Shown piece by piece: positions 1 through 7,985 of a stretch of 32,000 nucleotides of DNA. The DNA is from Halalkalibacterium halodurans (GTDB lineage: Bacteria; Bacillota; Bacilli; Bacillales; Bacillaceae_D): contig NZ_SNUY01000022.1 in assembly GCF_004376175.1 (NCBI RefSeq), forward strand, positions 1-32,000, written 5' to 3'. A program made the position numbers and the translations under genes. The notes below the pieces were generated by a model. It ran no database searches and was not told the origin of the DNA. It saw only the letters and a program-made list of their open reading frames with translations. The number at the start of each line of letters is the position of its first letter. Within the stretch, counting starts at the first letter, position 1.

Positions 1-292
1 ACCCTTTGATCCCCTCGAATTGTAGGTATTGGTCAAGGAGATAGACATATTTGCCTGTTTCACGATCGCGATAGTAGGAGCGCTTCAACTCAATCTCACC
101 AAATAAACTGTCTATTTTTAGAGGCCGTTTATCTTTATAATGGAAGCGTTGCTTATCACGTTGTTGCATAATTTCTTCGTCATATTCCTCTAGTATGCAG
201 GTCATCACACTTGAGAAGGTTTCCTGTAACTTCCTCCAAACTAGCTGTTCAAGTTCTTTTAAAGTTGGGTATTCTGTGTTATCCTTTTGCAT
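1..292 (-). mobile_element. ISLre2-family (UPF0236) transposase, N-terminal 97 codons; the gene continues past the left edge
   Basis: The minus-strand frame is open from the window edge to ATG at 292-290. GGAG (303-300) lies 7 nt upstream. The translation MQKDNTEYPTLKELEQLVWRKLQETFSSVMTCILEEYDEEIMQQRDKQRFHYKDKRPLKIDSLFGEIELKRSYYRDRETGKYVYLLDQYLQFEG matches my memory of ISLre2/UPF0236 transposase N-termini. It is missing from the ORF track because the window truncates it. Confidence 0.65.
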
Positions 293-395
293 AGGGTTTC
301 TCCTTTGAATCGGTTTTTGTCGACTATGATTCTACCAAGGAGAGACCCTTTTTTCATGTATTTTGCTTAAACCCTACCGCGCTTTCGCTTGGTGG

Positions 396-447
396 CCTCC
401 TCATCCAAGTAACGGAAATTTCCATTACTTGGATGAGGAGGTTTTTT
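396..447 (+). terminator. Long perfect hairpin plus T-run (rho-independent terminator shape) with no cognate upstream plus-strand gene
   Basis: CCTCCTCATCCAAGTAA (396-412) pairs perfectly with TTACTTGGATGAGGAGG (425-441), and TTTTTT follows at 442-447. The minus-strand version has no T-run. Confidence 0.55.
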
Positions 448-503
448 CTTCTCCCACAAACATTTTACTCATACTCCAAAAAAAATTTATTGGCTCATTT
501 TCT

Positions 504-532
504 TTGAAATTCCTTGTTGTACAGTATACATT
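504..532 (+). promoter_or_regulatory. Candidate sigma-A promoter for bsaA
   Basis: TTGAAA (504-509), 17-nt spacer, TACATT (527-532), about 30 nt upstream of the start. Confidence 0.3.
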
Positions 533-559
533 ATTTTTAAAAGAAGGAAAAGGAGGCTC

Positions 560-1036
560 GTGATGAGCATACATGAATTTTCCGCACGACTTATTAACGG
601 AGAAGAAAAGGCTCTTTCTGATTATAAGGATCAAGTTCTACTCATCGTCAATACGGCCAGCAAGTGTGGGCTCACCCCTCAATATGAAGAGCTACAAATC
701 TTGTATGAAACGTATAAAGATCAAGGATTCACTGTGCTTGGATTTCCTAGTAATCAATTTATGAACCAAGAACCTGGTGACCATAACGAAATTGCTGCCT
801 TTTGTGAACGGAATTATGGGGTGAGCTTCCCTATTTTTGAAAAAGTAAAGGTAAACGGAAAGGAAGCCCACCCTCTGTTTCAATATTTAACAAGTCAGCA
901 AGGAGGCTTGTTTACTGAAAAGATTAAGTGGAATTTCACGAAATTTCTCATTGATCGTTCCGGCAATGTGGTAAAACGGTATGCACCAAGTACTTCTCCT
1001 ATAAAAATAAAAGACGACATAGAAGAGCTCCTTTAA
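560..1036 (+). CDS. bsaA: Glutathione peroxidase (Cys type)
   Basis: Carries NTASKCGLT, GFPSNQFMNQEPG and KWNFTKFLIDR and is near-collinear with B. subtilis BsaA as remembered. AGGAGG lies at 551-556, so the true start is probably ATG 563 rather than GTG 560. Confidence 0.9.
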   Translation: MMSIHEFSARLINGEEKALSDYKDQVLLIVNTASKCGLTPQYEELQILYETYKDQGFTVLGFPSNQFMNQEPGDHNEIAAFCERNYGVSFPIFEKVKVNGKEAHPLFQYLTSQQGGLFTEKIKWNFTKFLIDRSGNVVKRYAPSTSPIKIKDDIEELL

Positions 1037-1041
1037 CAAAT

Positions 1042-1063
1042 CGGTCTGAACTTATTCAGGCCG
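1042..1063. terminator. Hairpin between convergent bsaA and comGB
   Basis: CGGTCTGAA / TTCAGGCCG form a 9-bp stem with one G-U pair and a 4-nt loop. Both flanks are only moderately T-rich. Confidence 0.45.
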
Positions 1064-1069
1064 CTTCGT

Positions 1070-2107
1070 TTATATAGCCCCGATCATTTGGAAAACTGGA
1101 AGCATCATCGCTAAAAACAGAACAAGAATGACCGCTCCAATCATACTAAAAACGATTGGTTGGATTGCGACAAGCCATTTTTTCACTCTCCGCTCAAACT
1201 CTTCTAGTTGATAGTCGCTAAAATATAAAAGATCCTTTGCTAAATTTCCTGTTTTTTCCCCGTTCTCCACAACAAATGGGAGTTCTTTTAAATAATGAGG
1301 ACGGCGCCGTAAGCACTCATAAAGTCGTTCACCATTCTCCAGTTCTAACATCATTTCCTCGCCCTCACTTCGAAAGAACAAAAAGAAATCTTGTTCTTTA
1401 CAGATTGAAAGCGCCTCCATGATGGAAAGTCCTCCTTTTAATAAACCACCTAGCGTTAAACAAAATAGACATGTGATCACTTCCTTCGTCCATTGTGACA
1501 AACCTGGTATTCGTAAAAGCACTGTTACTTTTTTCGTTGGGGGAAAACGGTGAAACGTAACAAAATAGGTCAATACAAGTAAAATCGCCACAACGAAAAA
1601 GGCAGTAAACAACCATGGAAGCTTTTCACTACAAGCGATTACAAGCTTCGTAATAACTGGCAATTCGATTTGTAGGGAACGGTATAACGTTTGATGGTGG
1701 GGAAGGACAAAATACATAAGGATAAACATCAGCAGCAGCGTTACGATGATTAATAAAAGTGGATAGCGCATCGCGCCTTCCCACTTTCGCTTCATCTCCT
1801 CCCTTTTCTTAAATAGCTCTCCAGATTTCCGAAACCCTTGGGCCAAATCCCCATTCCGTTCACTGACATACAATAGCAGCTGCACGTCTTGCGGAAGCTG
1901 CAAATGGTCAAGAGCTTTGTGCAACGGGTATCCTGATCGTAAATCCATTAGCATTGCGTTCATTTTCTTTTGTGCAGAGGAGGGAGCGTGAATTGCGAGA
2001 AATTGAACAGCTTCATAAAGGTGGTATCCTTGTTCAAGCAATTGACCAACGTGCATTAAGTAGCGCGCCTTCTTTTCCTTTGACCACTCTGCACCTTTAA
2101 AGGGCAC
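1070..2107 (-). CDS. comGB: Competence pseudopilus platform protein ComGB (PilC/GspF family)
   Basis: 345 aa with polytopic GspF-like architecture, collinear with B. subtilis ComGB as remembered. It overlaps the comGA stop by 11 nt. Confidence 0.85.
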   Translation of the reverse strand: MPFKGAEWSKEKKARYLMHVGQLLEQGYHLYEAVQFLAIHAPSSAQKKMNAMLMDLRSGYPLHKALDHLQLPQDVQLLLYVSERNGDLAQGFRKSGELFKKREEMKRKWEGAMRYPLLLIIVTLLLMFILMYFVLPHHQTLYRSLQIELPVITKLVIACSEKLPWLFTAFFVVAILLVLTYFVTFHRFPPTKKVTVLLRIPGLSQWTKEVITCLFCLTLGGLLKGGLSIMEALSICKEQDFFLFFRSEGEEMMLELENGERLYECLRRRPHYLKELPFVVENGEKTGNLAKDLLYFSDYQLEEFERRVKKWLVAIQPIVFSMIGAVILVLFLAMMLPVFQMIGAI

Positions 2108-3161
2108 GATTCTTTGCCTCCTTTTCTTCTATATAGCCTAGTGCAATGGCAAACCTACGTTCTTTTCCTAATCCGTCAAAAGAAGAATCGTTTGCTGTTA
2201 ATGCTTCTTGTAATGCCTTTCCTTCGAGAATGTCAAAAATAGCGGCACGCTTTCGATTGTTGAGCCATGTGCAATAAGGGGAACAATCGCTCGAGAGACA
2301 AAGGGGACATTTTCGTGAGATCAGCTCTTGAGCAACGATCGCTACCACTACCTCTCGAAGGTCATGAAGCGCAACCCCCATCTCACATAACCTGGTGATT
2401 GTTCCCCTGGCATTGGCACTATGGATCGTTGCCAATACGAGGTGACCGGTTAGAGCGGCACGAACAGCATAAACGGCCGTTGTCTGATCGCGAATTTCCC
2501 CAATCATAATCACATCGGGATCATGGCGCAAGGCCGCTTTCAGACCGACTTCATAGGTTAACTGAGCCTTTTCATTCATTTCAAACTGTGTAAACGCAGG
2601 ATTTAATTGTTCAATCGGATCTTCTATCGTGACAATGTGGAGGTTTTGCATGTGGAGTGCCTTCTGGAGCATGGCGTAGAGTGTTGTTGTCTTCCCTGAG
2701 CCTGTCGCTCCTGTTAGGAGAATGAGCCCTTGCGTTCGTGTCATCAAGGAAATGAGCTGTTGAGCTTGTCTTTTTATCAACGGAATTGACTCAAGGGCAA
2801 AAGGGGTTTGCTGAGGATGAAGTCGAATGGCCACCGCTTCGAAAAGGGGAGTGGGTAAAGTGGAAACGCGCAGAGAAACTGGAATCTTTTGTTCTAGTAT
2901 AAGATCCATCGCCCCGCTTTGAGGCTTTCGCCGTTCGCCAATATCTAAACCTGCTGAAAATTTAAAGTGGCTGACGAGTCTTTCTGCCGTTTGAAGGGGA
3001 ATCCTTTGAAACGGGGCGAGCCGACCGTTTAAACGAAACTGGATGATCCCGTCTTCTCTTGTTCCTGACAAATGAATGTCACTTGCCCCTTGACGTAATG
3101 CTTGAAGTAGGAGCTTTCGACTCTGGTTGTGAATGGTCGTCAAACGTTCACCTCCTTCCAT
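2097..3161 (-). CDS. comGA: Competence ATPase ComGA (PilB/GspE family)
   Basis: Walker A GATGSGKTT, Walker B region DPDVIMIGEIRD, and C-terminal cysteines CPLCLSSDCSPYC. The first track codons, ATGGAAGGAGGTGAACGT, are themselves a strong RBS. The true start is therefore probably TTG at 3143, giving MTTIHNQSRKLLLQALRQGASDIHL. Confidence 0.9.
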   Translation of the reverse strand: MEGGERLTTIHNQSRKLLLQALRQGASDIHLSGTREDGIIQFRLNGRLAPFQRIPLQTAERLVSHFKFSAGLDIGERRKPQSGAMDLILEQKIPVSLRVSTLPTPLFEAVAIRLHPQQTPFALESIPLIKRQAQQLISLMTRTQGLILLTGATGSGKTTTLYAMLQKALHMQNLHIVTIEDPIEQLNPAFTQFEMNEKAQLTYEVGLKAALRHDPDVIMIGEIRDQTTAVYAVRAALTGHLVLATIHSANARGTITRLCEMGVALHDLREVVVAIVAQELISRKCPLCLSSDCSPYCTWLNNRKRAAIFDILEGKALQEALTANDSSFDGLGKERRFAIALGYIEEKEAKNRAL

Positions 3162-3212
3162 CTACATCTAAAGTTTTACATTCGACAAAAATTAGGACAA
3201 TCCTTCATTTTT

Positions 3213-3242
3213 TTGAATAAAGCTGAACCAATTAGTCATACT
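3213..3242 (+). promoter_or_regulatory. Candidate sigma-A promoter for tRNA-Gln
   Basis: TTGAAT (3213-3218), 18-nt spacer, CATACT (3237-3242). A T-run lies upstream and the tRNA starts about 17 nt downstream. Confidence 0.35.
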
Positions 3243-3258
3243 AGAGTGTGTAACCCAT

Positions 3259-3330
3259 TGGGCTATAGCCAAGCGGTAAGGCAACGGACTTTGACTCCGT
3301 GATGCGCTGGTTCGAATCCAGCTAGCCCAG
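3259..3330 (+). tRNA. tRNA-Gln (anticodon UUG)
   Basis: Acceptor stem TGGGCTA/TAGCCCA, anticodon stem ACGGA/TCCGT, loop CTTTGAC, T-arm GCTGG-TTCGAAT-CCAGC. It is nearly identical to B. subtilis tRNA-Gln as remembered. CCA is not encoded. Confidence 0.93.
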
Positions 3331-3331
3331 T

Positions 3332-3370
3332 AAAAAAAACGACGATCGTTCAACGATCTGTCGTTTTTTT
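3332..3370. terminator. Bidirectional terminator shared by tRNA-Gln and the convergent 61-aa gene
   Basis: An A8 run, the stem AACGACGATCG / CGATC(T)GTCGTT with a 1-nt bulge, then a T7 run. Confidence 0.7.
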
Positions 3371-3371
3371 A

Positions 3372-3557
3372 TTATGATCGATCTCCGGCCATCCTTCGCA
3401 CAGCTACACGCTCTTTCAAAATGAGCAAAAAGTTCACTCCGAGCAATAACGCAATAAATGGTCCAAAAAAGAGCCGCCTATGCAAATACCATCCATAAAT
3501 CATTAAAAACCCGGCTATTAACGTAAGCACCAAGCCTAGTCCAATCAAGGCTTTCAT
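3372..3557 (-). CDS. Small membrane protein with two predicted TM helices, unknown function
   Basis: 61 aa, MKALIGLGLVLTLIAGFLMIYGWYL...FIALLLGVNFLLIL. AGGAGGGTGG lies upstream of the ATG and the gene ends at the bidirectional terminator. Confidence 0.55.
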   Translation of the reverse strand: MKALIGLGLVLTLIAGFLMIYGWYLHRRLFFGPFIALLLGVNFLLILKERVAVRRMAGDRS

Positions 3558-3666
3558 TCACTACCACCCTCCTTTTTCTTCATTTCCTAAAGCACTAGCA
3601 TGTCACAAACACTAAAAAATTTGCTACGATAGTAAAGATGAACTTTTAAGATAAGAGGAGGTCACT

Positions 3667-6009
3667 ATGCGTATTGCTTTACATAACGGACAGCACGTCG
3701 ATCTCGCACATTGTGACCGACAAGATTGGCAAAAGCTATATATGGCTAGTGTTGGACAAGAAATAAAATGTATGCACTGCGGAAAACCCGTTAGGTTACG
3801 TTTAACCATTCAGCATGAGCCTACCTTTGTTCACCGTCACCCGTCCGAGCTCTGTCTGCAAAAAGAAGTGGACTACATAGAACAAAAGCAACAGGTCAAG
3901 AGCAATCACACATCTTCGCCAACTGGAACATTCGTTGGGAGCTTTCGCTTACCGAAGCAACAAAAAATTTCAAACGGTTCAACTGAAATGATAAAAAAGT
4001 GGAAGGAACCTGAACGAATGACATCCTTCCCTCCCTTTATCCCGAATGAGGTGAACACAAACCAATCTCGCTCCCCTTTTGACGAACGCTTGAAGGAACA
4101 AGGAATTTTCTTAAATGACGACCAATGGCAGGCCATTACAACAACAGAAGGTCCTTTGCTTATTATAGCTGGTGCAGGAAGTGGGAAAACACGCGTTCTC
4201 ACGACAAGGGCCGCCTATATGATTTCTGAACAACAAATCGATCCGTTGAGTATGCTGCTAGTCACTTTCACACAAAAAGCTGCTCGCGAAATGCAAGAAC
4301 GGATGTCAACCTATTTTACTCTCCCTACCAATCGCTTAAAGCGGTTAGCTATCGGTACATTCCATAGCATTTTTTATCGAATCGCTGCCCATGCAACTCC
4401 TGAGAAGTGGCGAATGGATAAATTATTAAAATGGGATTGGCAACGAATGCAACTTTTAAGAGAGCATGGTCAGAAAAAGGGGTTGGATGAGAAAGAATTT
4501 GCTTACGACCAAGCGTTAACACAGATTAGTTGGTGGAAAAACCATATGCTCCATCCAGGTGACATCCAACCAAAGTCAACTTGGGAAGAAAACTGCTTAT
4601 ACCTCTATGAAGGATACGAGCGTTCACGTATTAGCCAGCAATGGTTTGATTTTGATGATATGCTCATCGGCGCATATGAAACCCTTACACAAAACCACGA
4701 GCTATTAGCGCGGTACCAGGAGCGATTTCGTTATCTGTTTGTCGATGAGTATCAAGACATCAATAAAGTTCAGTATGAGCTCATCCGACTGTTAACACAA
4801 AAAGAGAAGAATATTTGCGTCGTTGGAGATGATGATCAGTCCATTTACTCGTTTAGAGGGAGTGACCCTTCTTATATTCAAGCGTTTGAACGAGACTATG
4901 AGCACGCAAAACAAATCGTCCTTAAAGACAATTACCGCTCCTCCCATCCAATTGTCATGTGTGCGCAAAATGTGATCCATCATAACAAACAGCGGATTGC
5001 GAAGTCGGTGCGTGCGCAATACGATTCAGAAAAGGCGCCTTTGCTTTTTTACCCTTATGATGAAGAGGAAGAAGCGACGATGATTTTAAGCGATATTCAG
5101 GAGAAGATTGCCTCTGGCACCTCACCTTCAGCATTTGCCATTTTATATCGTACAAATGTTAGTGTACGTGCGATGTTTGAACGGTTGGTCGCTTCGAATG
5201 TCCCATTCCGAATGGAGCAGGAAGGTGAATCATTCTACCAACGCTCCACCGTCCGGAAAGTGCTAGCCTATCTACGTTTAAGTGTGAATCAAGATGATCC
5301 GAAGGCGATGGAGGAATTGTTACCGGCTCTTTTTCTAAAAAAAGACACGCTTCAAGAACTAAAGGCGATCACGATCTTTCACGATTGCTCTTTACTCGAC
5401 GCCCTCCTTCATCTTAAAAATGTACAGCCGTTTCAACAGAAAAAGCTAAAGGAGCTCCTTCCTTATTTTCAGAAGCTTCCACACCTTTCACCTACTCAAG
5501 CGATTAGCATGATCGAAAAACACATGGGGCTGACAGACTTTATTAAAAAGCGAGGCAATGAAGGGAATGTCATGGATCGGGGGTCTGATGATTTGAAGGA
5601 TTTAATCGTTGCGGCTAACTCCTTTGCAACCATTCCTACCTTTTTGGATCATGTGAGTCACATGATTGCAAAGCATCACGAACTAAAAAAAGCACCTGCC
5701 CAAGAGGAAGCGGTTCAGCTCATGACCATTCATCGTGCAAAAGGATTAGAGTTTCAGCATGTTTATTTATTAAGCGCAGTGGAAGGAAGCCTCCCTCATG
5801 ATTATGCTCTCGATGCCTGGAGAGAAGGAGACGATCGCCCATTAGAAGAAGAAAGACGATTGATGTATGTCGCGATGACGCGAGCTCAAGAACAACTGTT
5901 CATTTCCGTTCCATCGATGCGCCGCGGTAAAAACGCCCAGCGCTCCCGATTTGTACGAGAGATGTTACGCAATCACAGACAACACCAAAGAAAAGGAGTG
6001 GAACAATGA
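3667..6009 (+). CDS. yjcD: UvrD/PcrA-family superfamily-1 DNA helicase (YjcD-like) with an N-terminal Cys/His extension
   Basis: Motifs [36 protein letters not shown] and [22 protein letters not shown] lies 5 nt before the ATG. In position and size it resembles B. subtilis YjcD as remembered. Confidence 0.88.
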   Translation: MRIALHNGQHVDLAHCDRQDWQKLYMASVGQEIKCMHCGKPVRLRLTIQHEPTFVHRHPSELCLQKEVDYIEQKQQVKSNHTSSPTGTFVGSFRLPKQQKISNGSTEMIKKWKEPERMTSFPPFIPNEVNTNQSRSPFDERLKEQGIFLNDDQWQAITTTEGPLLIIAGAGSGKTRVLTTRAAYMISEQQIDPLSMLLVTFTQKAAREMQERMSTYFTLPTNRLKRLAIGTFHSIFYRIAAHATPEKWRMDKLLKWDWQRMQLLREHGQKKGLDEKEFAYDQALTQISWWKNHMLHPGDIQPKSTWEENCLYLYEGYERSRISQQWFDFDDMLIGAYETLTQNHELLARYQERFRYLFVDEYQDINKVQYELIRLLTQKEKNICVVGDDDQSIYSFRGSDPSYIQAFERDYEHAKQIVLKDNYRSSHPIVMCAQNVIHHNKQRIAKSVRAQYDSEKAPLLFYPYDEEEEATMILSDIQEKIASGTSPSAFAILYRTNVSVRAMFERLVASNVPFRMEQEGESFYQRSTVRKVLAYLRLSVNQDDPKAMEELLPALFLKKDTLQELKAITIFHDCSLLDALLHLKNVQPFQQKKLKELLPYFQKLPHLSPTQAISMIEKHMGLTDFIKKRGNEGNVMDRGSDDLKDLIVAANSFATIPTFLDHVSHMIAKHHELKKAPAQEEAVQLMTIHRAKGLEFQHVYLLSAVEGSLPHDYALDAWREGDDRPLEEERRLMYVAMTRAQEQLFISVPSMRRGKNAQRSRFVREMLRNHRQHQRKGVEQ

Positions 6010-6653
6010 ACGAGCAAGCGATCTTACAATCTGCTGAAGCATGGGTCAAGAAACAGCTCATGGATGAATACTCAGGACATGATTGGTATCACATTCGACG
6101 AGTTACACTAATGGCGAAGGCCATTGGAGAACAAGAGAAGGTCGACGTATTTGTTGTTCAAATCGCTGCACTTTTTCACGATTTAATCGATGATAAACTA
6201 GTCGATGATCCAGAAACAGCCAAACAGCAGTTAATCGACTGGATGGAAGCGGCTGGAGTACCTAGCCAAAAAATCGACCATACTATGGACATTATCAATA
6301 CGATCTCGTTCAAAGGTGGACACGGTCAATCTCTAGCTACGCGAGAGGCCATGGTTGTTCAAGACGCTGACAGGCTCGATGCCCTTGGCGCCATCGGCAT
6401 TGCCCGAACATTTGCCTATTCAGGTAACAAAGGGCAGCCCATTTACGATCCAGAGTTACCCATTCGTGAAACGATGACAGTAGAAGAGTACCGTCATGGT
6501 AAATCAACGGCTATTAACCATTTTTACGAAAAGCTATTCAAATTAAAAGATTTAATGAACACTGAGACGGGCAAACAGCTTGCGAAAGAGCGTCACGTGT
6601 TCATGGAACAGTTTATTGAGAGGTTTTTATCGGAATGGAATGGAGATATGTAA
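6006..6653 (+). CDS. HD-domain metal-dependent phosphohydrolase (YedJ-like)
   Basis: WYHIRRV...LFHDLIDDK...[13 protein letters not shown] is a typical HD signature. Its ATG overlaps the helicase TGA (ATGA, 6006-6009). Confidence 0.85.
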   Translation: MNEQAILQSAEAWVKKQLMDEYSGHDWYHIRRVTLMAKAIGEQEKVDVFVVQIAALFHDLIDDKLVDDPETAKQQLIDWMEAAGVPSQKIDHTMDIINTISFKGGHGQSLATREAMVVQDADRLDALGAIGIARTFAYSGNKGQPIYDPELPIRETMTVEEYRHGKSTAINHFYEKLFKLKDLMNTETGKQLAKERHVFMEQFIERFLSEWNGDM

Positions 6654-6662
6654 TTGTTTATA

Positions 6663-6697
6663 GAGGTAGCCCGCATTGCGACTACCTCCTTTTCTGT
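6663..6697 (+). terminator. Hairpin after the HD gene that overlaps the stop of the convergent gene
   Basis: Stem GAGGTAG (6663-6669) / CTACCTC (6682-6688), followed by CTTTTCTGTT. Confidence 0.45.
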
Positions 6698-7392
6698 TGA
6701 TCTTTTACATTTCGTAAAAACCAATTCACTTCCGCATCATTTGTCTCAGGAATTTGAATGTTCTCTACTTTCCGTGACGGCTTTTTTTCCTGCTTTCGCT
6801 GTTGTAAAAATGAAAAATCTCCAGCTGAGGATGTAGGTGATAGCTGCTCCTCTGCCGCCTTCTTTCCTTCCTTTTCGTTGACGTCTACACGGTGCTCCAC
6901 CTTGACCTCTTCGGTGGAGGTTGTTTCATTGTCAAGCTGTGGTTCAACTTTTTGCTCCTTTACTCCTTCAGTAGACTCCACTGCTTCTCCTTCGTGCGAT
7001 TTCTCTTCTTGCCCTGCATCTTCAATCGCTTCTTGTTGCACGTCTTCTACTCGTTCCTCTACACTCTCCACCTCTGCTACTTTTTCCCGTGCTTGCATAT
7101 TCTCAAGCTGTTCTTCTAGTTCAACAATGGTCGCTCTTAACCTCTCTCGTTCTTTTGTCATTTCCGTTACTAGTTCTTCTAACCGCTCATATTTGCTCAG
7201 CTGTGCAGACAACGCTTCATTTTCCTGTTTTAATTCATCAATCATCCCGTAGTAATAATCATTTTCGTATTTCTTCACACGAATTCGGTATTTTTCAAGC
7301 TCTGCTTCAGCATGAATGACACGCTGCTGTAATTGAACAGGAGTCAATCTTTCTAAGGAAAGCGTCCGCCGTTCGATTGACACTTGAATCAC
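6682..7392 (-). CDS. Coiled-coil protein with a highly acidic middle and basic tail, unknown function
   Basis: The N-terminal ~100 aa is heptad-like (ELEKYRIRVKKYEN...LEEQLENMQAREK), followed by an E/V/T-rich acidic stretch and a tail ending ...FLRNVKDQQKRR. AGAGGTGA sits 5 nt before an in-frame GTG at 7383, which is the likelier start. Confidence 0.7.
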   Translation of the reverse strand: MIQVSIERRTLSLERLTPVQLQQRVIHAEAELEKYRIRVKKYENDYYYGMIDELKQENEALSAQLSKYERLEELVTEMTKERERLRATIVELEEQLENMQAREKVAEVESVEERVEDVQQEAIEDAGQEEKSHEGEAVESTEGVKEQKVEPQLDNETTSTEEVKVEHRVDVNEKEGKKAAEEQLSPTSSAGDFSFLQQRKQEKKPSRKVENIQIPETNDAEVNWFLRNVKDQQKRR

Positions 7393-7570
7393 CTCTCATA
7401 GTTATCTCTTTCTACGTATATGATTCATGACTGCCAGAGATTCACCTGTCCTCTCTAAAATTAAGAGCTACTTGTTCTTACCTAATTAGTAAAAATAGAA
7501 AAAATCAGCTTATCTTCAAGTAATAATACAGACCCTTAATCCGCTATAGAAGGTTACGTTTCTAGAAGCG

Positions 7571-7601
7571 AAAAAAAAGATCACCTTATCCGAAGGCGAT
7601 C
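7571..7601 (-). terminator. Rho-independent terminator of the 43-aa ORF
   Basis: On the minus strand the stem GATCGCC...GGTGATC (7 bp with one G-U pair) is followed by T8. Confidence 0.7.
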
Positions 7602-7640
7602 CCTTGTTTTCAAAATCCTTAAGTTTTATATGTGAACTGG

Positions 7641-7772
7641 CTATTCCGTCATTCTTCGTTTAGCCCCACAGCAGGATTTCACTTTACTCTCTTGATTAGG
7701 CTTTATTTGTGGCTGGTTCGGTCTCACACGTGTTCTTGTTCTAGAGGAACTGCTTATCACTTTCTTTTTCAT
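7641..7772 (-). CDS. Untracked small basic protein, 43 aa
   Basis: Encodes MKKKVISSSSRTRTRVRPNQPQIKPNQESKVKSCCGAKRRMTE. RBS AAAGGAGGAGAGG lies 5 nt before the ATG (7772-7770), with a terminator 40 nt after the stop and a sigma-K-like promoter upstream. It is below the 60-aa cut-off of the ORF track. Confidence 0.5.
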   Translation of the reverse strand: MKKKVISSSSRTRTRVRPNQPQIKPNQESKVKSCCGAKRRMTE

Positions 7773-7804
7773 TTGATCCTCTCCTCCTTTTCAATCGAAC
7801 GTTA

Positions 7805-7832
7805 TATCTTATGAACACACATTGTCTTATGT
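7805..7832 (-). promoter_or_regulatory. Sigma-K-type promoter match for the 43-aa ORF
   Basis: The minus strand reads AC-N17-CATAAGATA, which fits AC / CATAnnnTA. The -10 element ends 33 nt before the ATG. Confidence 0.4.
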
Positions 7833-7896
7833 TTGGACATTTCCCTAACTGCATATCGGCCCTCGCCTATTTTTCATTTTTATATCTAGGAAAGGA

Positions 7897-7923
7897 ACAC
7901 ATTTTCACCCTACTCATACTATA
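7897..7923 (+). promoter_or_regulatory. Sigma-K-type promoter match for the 229-aa gene
   Basis: AC (7897-7898), 16-nt spacer, CATACTATA (7915-7923), 63 nt before ATG 7986. Confidence 0.4.
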
Positions 7924-7985
7924 CAGTAGTCTGATTACCCAAGACATTAAACAGTTAAGGGTAAAAAAACTTAGGAGGTATTAAG

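Noticed and set aside
3162-3258. ComK boxes (AAAA-N5-TTTT dimers) upstream of comGA.
   Set aside because: The region is A/T-rich, but I found no pair of properly spaced AAAA-N5-TTTT motifs. Only a weak sigma-A-like TTGTCC-N16-TAAAAC is visible, which I consider too weak to list.
6758-7319. Track ORFs 6758-7252 (164 aa, Ser/Cys-rich), 6892-7119 and 7089-7319 on the plus strand.
   Set aside because: They are antisense to the acidic coiled-coil gene. GAA/GAG-rich coding generates open TTC/CTC frames on the opposite strand. They have no RBS and a low-complexity composition.
7632-7814. 60-aa plus-strand track ORF in the 7.4-8.0 kb intergenic region.
   Set aside because: It has a GTG start with no RBS and overlaps, in antisense, the 43-aa minus-strand ORF, which has an RBS, a promoter and a terminator.
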